DNA of 63,954 nucleotides, the filler included, from Octopus bimaculoides (Eukaryota), in assembly GCF_001194135.2 (NCBI RefSeq). It is 6 parts of 6 records of this genome, joined end to end, with 100 filler letters (N's around TTAATTAATTAA, not from the genome) between each part and the next. Parts side by side here need not be neighbours in the genome. Positions count along the whole stretch, not along the records: positions 39,633 to 62,689 come from NC_068983.1; 5 more parts are not named here. One strand, given 5' to 3'. This document shows, in pieces, positions 50,700 to 62,689 of the stretch; position 1 is the stretch's first letter, and each line of letters opens with the position of its first letter. The position numbers were made by a program, and so were the translations under genes. The notes beneath the pieces were generated by a model. That model did not search any database and was not told the origin of the DNA. It was given only the letters and a program-made list of their open reading frames with translations.

Positions 50700-52482
50700 A
50701 ATAAATGACAGTTGTTTGTTTGGTTTCTGGTGCTCAACCTGCTCAAACGTCATCTTGAGATGAAACATGCAGACAAGAAGGACCAAGATTAGAATTACTT
50801 CCAGCGACTTGGCGAGAAAGTAAAGCGGCAGCACATAAACAAGACTGGCCAAATCTACCAGAAGAGGGCAGGAATTGTGGAAGCATCCTATGAAGTTGCT
50901 CTCCTGGTGGCCAAAAACATGAAGGCACATACCTTTGTAGAGTCTTTCGTCATGCCAGCGGCAAAGATCATGGTCATTCACGTGATTGGAGAGGAGACGG
51001 CGATGAAGTTGGAGAGTGTTTTCGTCTCTAGCAACACTGTACAACGACGTATCGAGGAGATGTCGGTCGACATTGCCGATCAAGTGATTGAGGGAGTGAG
51101 AGCCTTAAAGTATGGGTTTGCCATTCAACTCGACGTCACCAACTGCTGTCAACTACTTACCTACGTCCGCTGCACGCAGAATAATGCTGTGAAGACTGAG
51201 TTACTGCTGAGCCAGGAGCTGTCCAGTACAACGAAAGGAAAGGATATTTTCGACGTTTTGCACAATTTCTTCAAACAGAATGAACTGGATTGGGGAAAGT
51301 TGGTCGGATACCCGACAGATGGGGCTCCATCTATACTCGGTCGAAAGTCAGGTTTTCAAGCTCATGTGAAAGCTGCGTCACCAAACGCCACTACTGTCCA
51401 TTGTTTCATACACAAATTCACCCTTTGTGCTCTCTCTGAAGTTTTAATCAGGCTTGAACCGAGTTATCAGAATCGTGAATTTCGTTAAAACATCGGCTCT
51501 GAATTCTCGGCTGTTTAAGCTGCTCAGTGAAGATTTCGGCTCCGATCACATCTGTCCCCTCCACCACACAGAGGTTCGCTGGCCCTCACAGGGTAATGCG
51601 ACGAGGCATCTCTTTGAACTGAGGAATGAACTTCTTGTTTTCTTCACGGAGAAGGAACACGATTTTCAAAAAGATCTGGTGGACGAGGAGTTTATCTCAA
51701 TGTTAGCCTACCTGTCGGACATTTTTGGAGCCCTCAACTCCTTAAATCTATCGTTTCAAGGACCCAACTGTATTGTCACAGAGTTCATCTCGAAGCTGGG
51801 AGTATTTGTCCGAAAGTTGGATCTATGGTTGAAGGACGTGGAGAGCAAACGCCATGGAATGTTCGAACTCCTGTCTACACTTGATAGGGAGCCCAATGAT
51901 GAATTTGCCCAAGAAATCGCTCGTCACCTCTCACTATTCAAGACTGAGTTGATGCATTACTTCCCGGATGTGACATAGTGCGTCTTCATCGCCAATCTAT
52001 TCTCCGTTGATCCAGCCGAGTTGCCTGTCGGGACCGGGGAACAAGAGGAACTGACAGATATCCAGGCTGAAGAGACAGCAAAGAAGAAGCAAAAAGAATG
52101 CTCTCTTATAAACTTCTGGCTAAGCATGGTCTTCTCCTACCCGACGCTACTGATTTTCCCCTCTCTGTGGGAGTGTGAGTAGGGGTTCTCAACCTTACTG
52201 GCCACCAAGTCGAAGAGCCGGAACCGTCTTGTTGCGCTCGGCCATGATTTCCTATGCGCTGTGAGCAAGGTTATGCCCCGCATTGACCAGCTGGTGGAGA
52301 GGACACAGGTTCAGCCCTCGCATTAAATTGAGTTGTGTTCTTTGTTGTTAGTTCATTTATGTTTGCTACTTATGATTAAATTGATATCTGATCGAATTGA
52401 GTTTTAATGGAACCAGGTGGTACGCGGCGGCTATACGAAGCCTCCAAGTGGTACGCAATCACAAAAAGGTTGGGAACCACTG
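50700..52482 (+). mobile_element. hAT (Buster/Charlie, ZBED5/FAM200-like) transposon, frameshifted
   Basis: ORFs 50877-51488 and 51454-51978: EASYEVALLVAK..KAHT..E, FAIQLD, TDGAP, HCFIH, LHHTEVRW, LAYLSDIF. Right TIR ggttgggaaccactg at 52468-52482. Confidence 0.92.
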
Positions 52483-53175
52483 TCTTAAAGTAACTGCGAT
52501 GACAGACTTTTAATAGCCTTCCTCAACAGGTCCCATCCAATCTATATCACTATCCCAGACAATTTCGCCTGTCTATATTCTTTCTTTCCTTTTTCTAATA
52601 CCCTTCCCTCCCATTAAATTTAATGTAATCTAATTTTTCCTCTACCGGTCTCATACTATCCATATCTGTCCCATTTACTTTTCCTTGATAAAAAAATTTT
52701 CTGTTTTCTTCCTCTCCTGTCTACAGTATATATATATATATATATATACACACACATACATTATTTGCTATGAATATTTAATAATAAGGACAATCGTAGC
52801 GATGCTTCATTCCCTAATTGAATCGGGAAAATAACAACTTGACCGACCAAACTCAAAATCATTAACGAGACACCACTTTATGTATAAATGTACCTGTTGT
52901 GACCCAGACTAGAAAATTGATGCAGCCCAATATGATACACATCATCCCTTTCATAAAGGACAGACTTCTGTTTACTTAATCGATTATATATATACATATA
53001 TATAGTTGAGATTTACAGAAAAACAAAATACGAAGACAGGTGTATAAACAACGCACGGGAAGGTGAGAAAATCTTATACGTTTCGAGCTTACGTTCTTCA
53101 ACAGAAAGGAACCCGAGGAAATAAACAGAGAGAGAGAATAAAAAATCTTTTGGAGCTAGCGGTCGATCATGACGT

Positions 53176-53360
53176 GTGTCTGGGAAGAGTCATTTTCTTT
53201 TAGTGCCTTATTATTTAATACACTGATTTATTTTTTCTAAACTTTTCGTTGCCTCTTGCAACCTTTCAATAGTTGTTGACTCTGTTCGTTATCAGAGCTG
53301 CGTCCTTTTTGTTTGTTTGTTTATGCGCCTGTGTGTGGGTGAGTATGCATGTGTATACGC

Positions 53361-53391
<31 letters not shown>

Positions 53392-53873
53392 TGTATGTAT
53401 GTATGTATGTATGTATGTATGTATGCATGTATGCATGTATGCATGTATGTTTGTATGGGTGTATGTATGTATGTATGTATGTATGTGTGTGTATGCCTGT
53501 ATGTGTATGCATGTGTGTGCGTTTGTATGTATGTATGTATTCTACATATTCATGTTTGTGTTCATGCTTGTGTATTCATGTTTGTATGTGTGTGTGCATA
53601 TACAAACGTACACACATGCATATATATACGCATACACATACATGCATACACAGGCATACATACATAAGTGTATACACATGCACACTGAAGCACACACATG
53701 CACACAAAACAAAAGGAACGCAGCTCTGATAACGGACAGGATCAACGACTATTGAAGAGGTCGCAAAAGGCAACGAAAATTTGAGAAAAAATAAATAAGT
53801 AAATGAATGGAAATCGAACCAGTGAGTGTGTTAAATAATAAGGCACTAAAAGAGACTGACTCTCCCCAGATAC
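53176..53873. repeat. Inverted repeat (arms 53176-53315 and 53706-53873) around an (ATGT)n tract
   Basis: The arms are reverse complements. A further copy of the arm is at about 7752-7925. Confidence 0.8.
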
Positions 53874-53934
53874 AAAAAAATATGCATCAACACACGAATT
53901 CACGTAAAGAATCTTGTAAACCAAATACAAAAAC

Positions 53935-53980
<46 letters not shown>

Positions 53981-55368
53981 TAGNNNNNNNNNNNNNNNNN
54001 NNNNNNNNNNNNNNNNNNNNNNNNNNNNNNNNNNNNNNNNNNNNNNNNNNNNNNNNNNNNNNNNNNNNNNNNNNNNNNNNNNNNNNNNNNNNNNNNNNNN
54101 NNNNNNNNNNNNNNNNNNNNNNNNNNNNNNNNNNNNNNNNNNNNNNNNNNNNNNNNNNNNNNNNNNNNNNNNNNNNNNNNNNNNNNNNNNNNNNNNNNNN
54201 NNNNNNNNNNNNNNNNNNNNNNNNNNNNNNNNNNNNNNNNNNNNNNNNNNNNNNNNNNNNNNNNNNNNNNNNNNNNNNNNNNNNNNNNNNNNNNNNNNNN
54301 NNNNNNNNNNNNNNNNNNNNNNNNNNNNNNNNNNNNNNNNNNNNNNNNNNNNNNNNNNNNNNNNNNNNNNNNNNNNNNNNNNNNNNNNNNNNNNNNNNNN
54401 NNNNNNNNNNNNNNNNNNNNNNNNNNNNNNNNNNNNNNNNNNNNNNNNNNNNNNNNNNNNNNNNNNNNNNNNNNNNNNNNNNNNNNNNNNNNNNNNNNNN
54501 NNNNNNNNNNNNNNNNNNNNNNNNNNNNNNNNNNNNNNNNNNNNNNNNNNNNNNNNNNNNNNNNNNNNNNNNNNNNNNNNNNNNNNNNNNNNNNNNNNNN
54601 NNNNNNNNNNNNNNNNNNNNNNNNNNNNNNNNNNNNNNNNNNNNNNNNNNNNNNNNNNNNNNNNNNNNNNNNNNNNNNNNNNNNNNNNNNNNNNNNNNNN
54701 NNNNNNNNNNNNNNGAGATAATAGAAATAATTAAGAGTGATTAGTAACATGCATGCATATAACAAAAATGAATGAGAGTATATGAATATCATGCAACATA
54801 AATTTCTGATTTATTGAAATTATCTCTGCTCCAGGGAAAATATAGTAACTGCACAATGTCAACTGAGAAACGAGAAAGGGAGATAATTTCAAGAATCAAG
54901 AATTCTCCGAAATTAATATGCTATTAATGGAAACAGAATTTGATTGTTTGGTGACAAGAGAACAGATGGGAATATGTATGTGTTTCTATAACTTGAGAGA
55001 ACTCATCAACTCAGTTGTAGTCCTACCTTGTCTCCAGCAGAAACGAGTTGAACATCTTTATAGAAAATGATTTAAGAGAAATAATTGAGATTGGCAAGTG
55101 GCATCTATTTGAGCAACAAAGACGAATAAAGAGATATTAAATGTCATATACACGTGTATATACACGCATACATATACACATATATATTCATAAAAACACA
55201 CACAAGCACATACATGTACATACACATGCACATACATACACATGCACATACATACACATGCACATACATACACATGCACATACATACACATGCACATACA
55301 TACACATGCACATACATACACATGCACATACATACACACACATCTATATCTTGAAACTGAATACTCAC

Positions 55369-55546
55369 CTGAACGAAAAAATCCACTGTTATCTTTGAAA
55401 TCTACTTTGAGGACATTTTCTTTAATAGATGGTTTCTCGTTTTTCATTCTGTCAAAGGTGCACATATCTGCAATATCTTTAGTCAGTTGCTCATCAATTT
55501 TCTTGCCAAGAAATTTTGCAATCAATGATACGATTTTAACAAGGTC
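55369..55546 (-). CDS. SULT gene B, coding exon 4
   Basis: gaacag acceptor and GTGAGT donor. 178 bp, phase 0 to 1. Encodes DLVKIVSLIAKFLGKKIDEQLTKDIADMCTFDRMKNEK...SGFFRS(G), matching SULT IAxFLG...SFxxMK...FFRKG. Confidence 0.95.
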
Positions 55547-55882
55547 CTGTTCAGAAGATAATACATATATATTAAACTAAACTTTCACTTTATGTTTCTT
55601 CTTGTCATACATTTAATCATCACATATTTGTTACACAGATAGCTTGCTTGATATATTGCTTTGTTAATTCTTTATACTTTTTCTTTAAATTGCCCTTTAC
55701 TTAATTGTTCTTGTGGTCGTTATGCTCAACGTCACCCTTCATTAAACAGATCTATGATCAAAAGTGTTCCACTCGTGACCAATCTGCCCTTTTTTTTAGG
55801 TATAGATTATATAAGATCATATTATCCGAATGTATCATCTTGTTTAAACCGTTGGCCGTTATTTGATGAACATTTTACTACA

Positions 55883-56700
55883 ATTGGGTTGGCAACTAAG
55901 TTCCCGCCGTTTTTTAAAATTTAAATTTTTCAAATACTAATTGTTAAAAGCAGGAATCGTAAAAGATAAATTACTTATAAAACAACAATTAATTAATCAA
56001 TAATATATTCCCCCTTATTGTTTACAATTTCTTCCTAACGTTCAACAAGATTTTCAATACCTCGTTGGTAGAAATCACCCGATTTCAACTCAAAAAATTG
56101 ATCCAACCAAGCTCACAATTCTGCATCAGTATTGAACGAAACTCCGCGCATAACATTTGAAAGAGATCGAAAGAGGTGGAAATCTGTTGGTGCCAAATCA
56201 GGAGAGTACGGCGGGTGTGGCAGCACTTTCCACCCATGTGTTTGAATGGCTTTCTTGGTCATATTGGCGAGATGAGGGCGGGCGTTGTCGTGCAGCAGAA
56301 GAACTCCACGCTGTTGATTAGGTCTTTTCTCTTGAATAGCCGTGTTGAGTCGTTCCATCTGTTGAACATAGAGTTCCGCATTGACCGTTTGGTTCTGTTC
56401 AAGCGATTCATAATGGATGATCCTTTCCCAGTCCCACCATACGCACAATATCGTTTTACGCGGATGAAGATCTCGTTTCACGCGCAGTGTCGCTTGTTTA
56501 CCGGGGCTAAGCCATTCTTTACGCTGCTTCATATTGATGTACAGGCACCACTTTTCGTCGCCAGTAACGATTCGGTAAAGAAATCGTTGCTTGTGTCNNN
56601 NNNNNNNCATATTGATGTACAGGCACCACTTTTCGTCGCCAGTAACGATTCGGTAAAGAAATCGTTGCTTGTGTCCATGAGTTGAGCGGTGACGAGCAAG
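55883..56700 (-). mobile_element. mariner (DD34D) transposon, 5'-truncated
   Basis: RIVTGDEKW, WWD, LLHDNARPH and HPPYSPDLAPTDFHLF. TIR ttgggttggcaactaagt at about 55884-55901. Confidence 0.92.
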
Positions 56701-57743
56701 CAAATCAGTGGAGATTGTTGCTCGTTGATTTTTGTTGTTGATTTTTGTTTCGGTAGAGGCGGTCCGTCCCGGGCGGCACTTTTGGGTCTGTTGTATGCAA
56801 TATGTGTTTTTTGTGTGGTCCAGGGGTGGCAAATGGAAGGGCCGCACCGGGCGGCATACACTCTAGCTATTCTAGTGCCGACACAAAATATCTCTGAATA
56901 TTAACACAAGTTAAAAGACGTAAAAGATGGACTTCATAATTTAAAATATGATTTAGTATTCCATTTTATAGCTGGTTTAACTATTTTGCTACACTAGTCG
57001 GCCTGAGCTGAGAAAATATTCTATTTAATGAACTGCATCAAAATAAAAAAAAACAAAAATACTAATTCTTAATAGCAGGAATCGTAAAAGATAAATTACT
57101 TATAAAACAATGTATTGTTAGAAATGCTATAGAATGTACGATGTGGGTGTTAGGAAAAGAATTAATCAAAAACTTAGAGAAAAGTATTGTAATATACTTC
57201 GAAAGAATAAAGATGAGGCAGAATACAACGAATCATTTAGTATTTCAAAAGGAATTAAAGGCAATTAGGAGTAATTATTGTGTTCTATTATAAATGTCAG
57301 TAAAATACCGTTGTATTTATGATAGTTTTCCTGATAGTTTTTTTAAAAATTCTTTTTTGAGTTTAGGTTATTTTTCTGAGTTTGTTATGGGGGTTTCCTA
57401 AAAATCTCATTGGTAGTCGTGATCCAAACTGCCCTATTACACTCCGTTATATGATAAATCACTGAAAGTAAATGAACTGAGATTCTCAACTAGGCTTGGT
57501 ATGGAATATTTAGACTTCTTGTTATTCGACCGTCTGACAGCTTGGCCGATTAGACTCAACCTCCATACGCAATAACATTAGTCATAAAAATCGCTGTAGT
57601 TAGCCAAAAGAAAGCAACGCTGCAGAAGCACTTATACTAGTGAAAAAGGAATGATATATGAAAGTAAAGAGAAAAAATAATAAAGAGAAGAATGAGACAG
57701 TGGTAAGAAGTAGAGAAAAAAAAGATAGCTATGTAACACCTAC

Positions 57744-57841
57744 CTTCGAAGCCTCTTCATATGTTATTATGAGAACATTGGGGTTGTCTTTGATTACTGA
57801 CCACCACTGTCGAGTGTATTCAAAATAATCACCCCTGGGGA
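57744..57841 (-). CDS. SULT gene B, coding exon 3
   Basis: ttacag acceptor and GTAGGT donor. 98 bp, phase 1 to 0. Encodes (V)PRGDYFEYTRQWWSVIKDNPNVLIITYEEASK, matching the SULT GxWxxHxxxWW...VLxxxYE segment. Not reported in the ORF track. Confidence 0.92.
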
Positions 57842-58695
57842 CTGTAACGACGTTAAGAGGGAAAAGAATCAGAAAATTGAATTTGTTCACAATTAATGTT
57901 TACATTGTGGGACTATCCATTCTTTTGAAATTGAAAATTTTTTACTACCCTATAAAAATCATTTATCAAGAAAAGTTATTTATCAAATGTCAATTTATTA
58001 ATCCAGATTCGTATATTGGGTTGTAATGACACTTTTGAAGACTTTTTATCTTCATATAAGAAATATTTCTTGAACTTAAAGAATCTTTAAGCGCCAGTGT
58101 TTTGCACCAGTATATAAGCTGTATATCCTGTCAATGGTTTGGATACTTATTTCAGATTGCAATAGCAAATTGAGATGAAAACAGTTAAGTGTTTTGCTTA
58201 AATATACACTGAGACGCTAGAAGTGGATGTATATTAAAATCAATGGGAAGGTAACCTAATATCATAATGTTTTTCCGAAAGGCATTAGTGTGTGAATAGG
58301 AATGTTTAGTTTGGAAGTGCATTGGATCCTTAACGCGCCACAGAAACTATGTCATTCAGTTGAGGAATACATTTCTGATTTCCTCACCAACTTGATAAGT
58401 TNNNNNNNNNNNNNNNNNNNNNNNNNNNNNNNNNNNNNNNNNNNNNNNNNNNNNNNNNNNNNNNNNNNNNNNNNNNNNNNNNNNNNNNNNNNNNNNNNNN
58501 NNNNNNNNNNNNNNNNNNNNNNNNNNNNNNNNNNNNNNNNNNNNNNNNNNNNNNNNNNNNNNNNNNNNNNGTCTAAGTTGTTTTTTAACCACGAAATCTT
58601 TCCTTTGCACTATAACAATTTCATTGTCTCTTCTACGGCCCAACGGGTTACGATATTTACCTAACTGACAATTCCCTGACTTAAACATGACTTAC

Positions 58696-59013
58696 CGTTT
58701 CCGTCCATGAACATCTCAAAGAAACTGTGGAAGTTCCCATCATACTGAATTAAGTCAATACTCCACATATGTCTGTAATAGGAAACTACCACAGACTTAG
58801 GGTTACGCGCGATGAAAATGATTTTGTTATTCTTAAGTAATACTTCAGGCAAAACATTAGGGTGTAAGTGTGTGTTGAGCACCCTTGGAGATGGTTTTGA
58901 ATCTAGTTGATCTTTAAGCATGTAGTCTATCATATTTTCTTCTTTAATACTGGGAATTCTTTCAGCTTTTCCATTGACGACCATACTCGTTACCTCCCAG
59001 ATCCAGTGGGTTC
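58696..59013 (-). CDS. Cytosolic sulfotransferase (SULT family) gene B, coding exon 2
   Basis: AG acceptor at 59015-59014 and GTAAG donor at 58695. 318 bp, phase 1 to 1. Encodes (G)THWIWEVTSM...PSPRVLNTHLHP...IIFIARNPKSVVVSYY...MFMDGN, with the catalytic His (THL) and the 3'-PB motif (RNPxxxxVS). Confidence 0.95.
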
Positions 59014-59149
59014 CTGTTATTAAAATTTAATACAACGTAATTATATGGCCGCAGACTAATGACTGAAACAACTAAAGGGCAAAAGATAAAATATATGATT
59101 ATGTTATTCTCGACAGAGGAAATAGGTAGAAAATGTAGTTTAGTGCAGT

Positions 59150-59570
59150 TCCAGTAAACAGTATTATTATTAACTTGATCCTGAACGCGGTAGTCTCGAA
59201 ATTTGTATATGGTTTCACCAAACTAAAATCTTTATTGTTTACAATGATGGTCAATAGTTCATAAATGTTTGAGCATTTTTGATCCAAGTAACAAAGGTTA
59301 GTAGACGAGATGATGTGGTCAGCCATTAGGTCGACAGTAGGAAAAACAGGTACAGAAGTGTAGATGGAAACAATGTCTAGGCTAAAAGAGTATCTATCCT
59401 GTGTGACGAAGTTGAGGTTTTGAATCTGTTTATGACTTTGCTGTAGTATTCAACATATCCCAAAAAGATGTGAAGTAAGAATTTGAGAATTTAGTACAGA
59501 AACCACGAAATTTCATAAAACGATACGTATATTCGAGAGACGATGGGTTTGATTTTTAGTTTGCATCTAT
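59150..59570 (-). mobile_element. Second, different Penelope-like RT fragment
   Basis: Minus-strand translation gives KIKPIVS...ILK.L and FSLDIVSIYTSVP...YELLTIIVNN, homologous to PLE RPIVS and SxDVxSLFTxVP motifs. Confidence 0.7.
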
Positions 59571-59639
59571 GCTTTTTTTCTTAACGAGATAATGAATGGA
59601 TGGTGGGAAGTCTGCTGCTTCTGGTAATGAAATTTCACT

Positions 59640-61960
59640 CGTTCTTATTAGAGACTCTTCTGTTGCTACTAATATTTATCCAGCTGTCCTTATATTTCTT
59701 GTTTCTTTAATAAAAATCAAAATTATATTTAAAATCTCTTTAATAATGTTAGTTTTTACCTGTATCCCATGGGGAATTATTAGCCATATTTTCTTCTTCT
59801 TATTATTATTACTATGAGGTTTTTTGTTCATATTACTACCTATCTCTGGCTTTAGGTGATTCTGAATACTGTGTTTATCATAATAGAAGGTGCATTCATC
59901 ATTTAAGTTATCTTTTAAATCATAATTATATTTAGAATTGTTGAAAAATTTAATATTATGATTATATCCCACCTTATGAAGCGCTTCATTATAATATGGT
60001 GCATGTTTATTGAATATCTCATAGTTGGAAGAAAGTACTGAAATTCTTTTCTCTATATTATTTACTAATGCTTTCTTAATAGAAGGTGGATGGTTACTCT
60101 TAGCGTTAATATATTTCAGGTTTTTGTTAATTTTATGGTAAGGTTGGGTTATACCTGTTATTAAGTTGAAATTTACATCTAAGTAGTTGACATTGCTATA
60201 TTCGTTATAAATTGTAATCCTAAGCCCATTTCTTTTAAAGAAACTGTGTATTTTCTTCTTATATATTTCTAAAGTACTATTCGTGCTATTTTTTGTTATT
60301 AGCAGGAGGTCATCTCTGTATAATCCACCCTCTAATTTAAGATTTTCTAATTGGAGTTCTGGTAATAAATAAATTCCTACTAGGTCTGTAACCTGAGCAG
60401 AGTCTGGTGCTCCCACAGGGATATCAAAAAAGTCCCTGGTATCTTTTCTGTCCCACAATTTATCATTGTACCTAATAAACGATTTTCCCACCATTTTTAC
60501 TACCTTAACTTCTTCCTCTTTAGTCATTCCCGCCTTATTCATAGCATATATTAAGGCCTTATTAAGCACTATTTCATTAATAGATGAATAATAATCCTCT
60601 ATGTCTATTTGGATAAATTTGTAACTACTACTGTCTTTAATATCTTTAAACCATTTTAAAGTATTATTAGTGCTAGTCCAGAGTTTCAGGTAATTTAGGT
60701 TATTTAGTTTATTAATATATTTGTCTAAAATTAACTAACTTAATTTCCCTAAATCAGATTTACTGGGACATATTAGTCTTACTTTAGGGTCCGAGTAGAA
60801 ATTGTCTTTATGATCCTTTAAAGTTACCCTAGGGTGCATCGGTACATATGGTTCCATTTTATTGTCTATCTCATATTTTTCCATGATTAACTTAGTGGCT
60901 TTATTAATATTATAAATGGTATCTTCCGGGACAATTTTATATTTTTTATTTATTTCCTTTCCTAAAAGTTTATCATATAATTTTGTATCTAACTTATACA
61001 GGTTGCCAGTTTTATCAGATTGTACGACTATTCCCTCGACATTACGCATTTCTTTTATGTTGATTCCTAAGTATTCATTATGTCTGTTTGGGTATTTTTA
61101 AAACTTAATGTTTTTAACCACCTTCCAAATTTTGTCTTCCTGAGACTGAATTTCCCTGTTATATGGGGGTTCCCTTTTAGTTTTAAATTTAGAGCATATA
61201 TAATTGGTATTCTCCACATCTTTAATGTTGGGAATGTTACAGTTCTTATAGTGAGCTATCAATTTTATTCTATTAATAAACTCCTTTATATTATTAATAA
61301 GTTTAATGGTATATTCCCTTTTAGATGGAATGGGGATGTCATTCAATGAAGAGTCCCAGATTAGTGGTTCACTCCTACCTGTAAGTTCCATAATAAACGA
61401 AAATTGAAGGTAAAACCTAAAACAATAGTCGTATTATAAATATATTTAAAAGTATTATAGTAATAATATTAGGGAATAAAAAATGTATTCCAGCCTTACA
61501 GACAAAAATCGGTATAGTATTATACCGGGTTTCCTAATATATAATATATATTATATAACTAATTTAGAGACGAACCACCACTCTACAACTCAGTCAACTC
61601 AGAACCTGTCCAAATCCATGCTGTGAGGCATATACCATCTTAATATATCTAAGATTTTAATCTAAAAATTTAAATTTAATAATATATTACATAGATAAAT
61701 CATATAGATCATATAAATAAATTATAGACATATTAATTTTAAAAAAATTTTAAAGTCAAATTTATAAATTGGACAGTAAAAATTAATACGATAATATACA
61801 ATATGTAAGTATAAATGTAAAAGGTTAGTGCTAGTACATAGACTACGCGCGTTTCATGGCTGAAATAGGACTATATAAAATCATAAGCAAATTCTATCCG
61901 AGTTCATAAGAACGGGGAAATGATTTTACTCCCAAAATCAGTCACTCTTCAGGTCAAATC
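59640..61960 (-). mobile_element. Penelope-like retroelement, RT region with 5' pseudo-LTR, degraded by stops/frameshifts; no endonuclease seen
   Basis: ORF pieces 61098-61391, 60735-61049 and 59676-60569 carry IPIPSKREY, VVQSDKTGNLY, TLKDHKDNF..P.VRLICPSKS, FIQIDIEDYY, FDIPVGAPDSAQ, GGLYRDD, YLDVNFNL and SNHPP. These are PLE RT motifs. Confidence 0.9.
61841..61955 (-). ncRNA. Type I hammerhead ribozyme in the 5' pseudo-LTR of a Penelope-like element
   Basis: Stem I GAC/GTC, CTGAAGA, stem II GTGACTGA/TCAGCCAT (one mismatch), GAAA, palindrome ACGCGCGT. Predicted cleavage after UA at 61844, about 450 nt upstream of the RT ORF start. Confidence 0.78.
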
Positions 61961-62036
61961 CCTAAGAAAATACCTAAAATCATTCGAGGTATAAACATAA
62001 ACATGAGAAATAAAAATATATATAAAGAGACTTCCA

Positions 62037-62080
<44 letters not shown>

Positions 62081-62444
62081 ACTCGTCCACCTTCGTATGT
62101 TTCCGTAGAATTTATCAAATTAGAAAACGCAAATTTAATATAAAAATATATTTTCTGAAATTGCAAATTATTTAAAATATAAAAATATAATTTTCAACAG
62201 AGAGAATTTATCAAAATAGAAAACAAATGAAGTTTGAAGTTAAGTTTAAAAATAAATGTGATACTTATGCTCCGTAGATACTTATACTCTGTAATGTTTC
62301 AAATGCATGGATACAGGTGTCGAATTTGTTTCAATAACTTTCCGAAGATTTCGTCCTTAAATTCATAACGCCACATAAATTCAATGAGATGCGATTGAAG
62401 TAAATTTTGGGCTGTTCCATTTGCTCTTTTGTTGCAATTCTTTA

Positions 62445-62689
62445 CATACATTTGAATGGTCAAGTAGCTGCTTCAGGACCCAGTCATAATGCTGCAGGAG
62501 CTGCGTGAGGCAGCTTCTACCTGGACGGAAACCATGCTGGGTCTCATTCAGCAAGTCATTTTCTTCTAGGAACGCAATCAATCTCTTTCTGACAATTCGT
62601 TCCATGACTTTGCTAATATGTGAAGTCAGAGAGATGGGCCTGTAGTTCCCAGCCTCTGCTCTGCTTCCGCCTTTATGGATAGGACATAT
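62445..62689 (-). mobile_element. CR1/L2-type LINE reverse transcriptase fragment
   Basis: GNYRPISLTSHISKVMERIV...QHGFRPGRSCLTQLL. Confidence 0.85.

Noticed and set aside
50601-51083. 160-aa minus-strand ORF (and 56176-56685 on the plus strand)
   Set aside because: These are antisense shadows of hAT and mariner transposase coding sequence.
56528-56676. Internal duplication in the mariner transposase (also 38205-38345 and 43257-44204)
   Set aside because: Identical sequence on both sides of a short N gap indicates an unmerged contig overlap.
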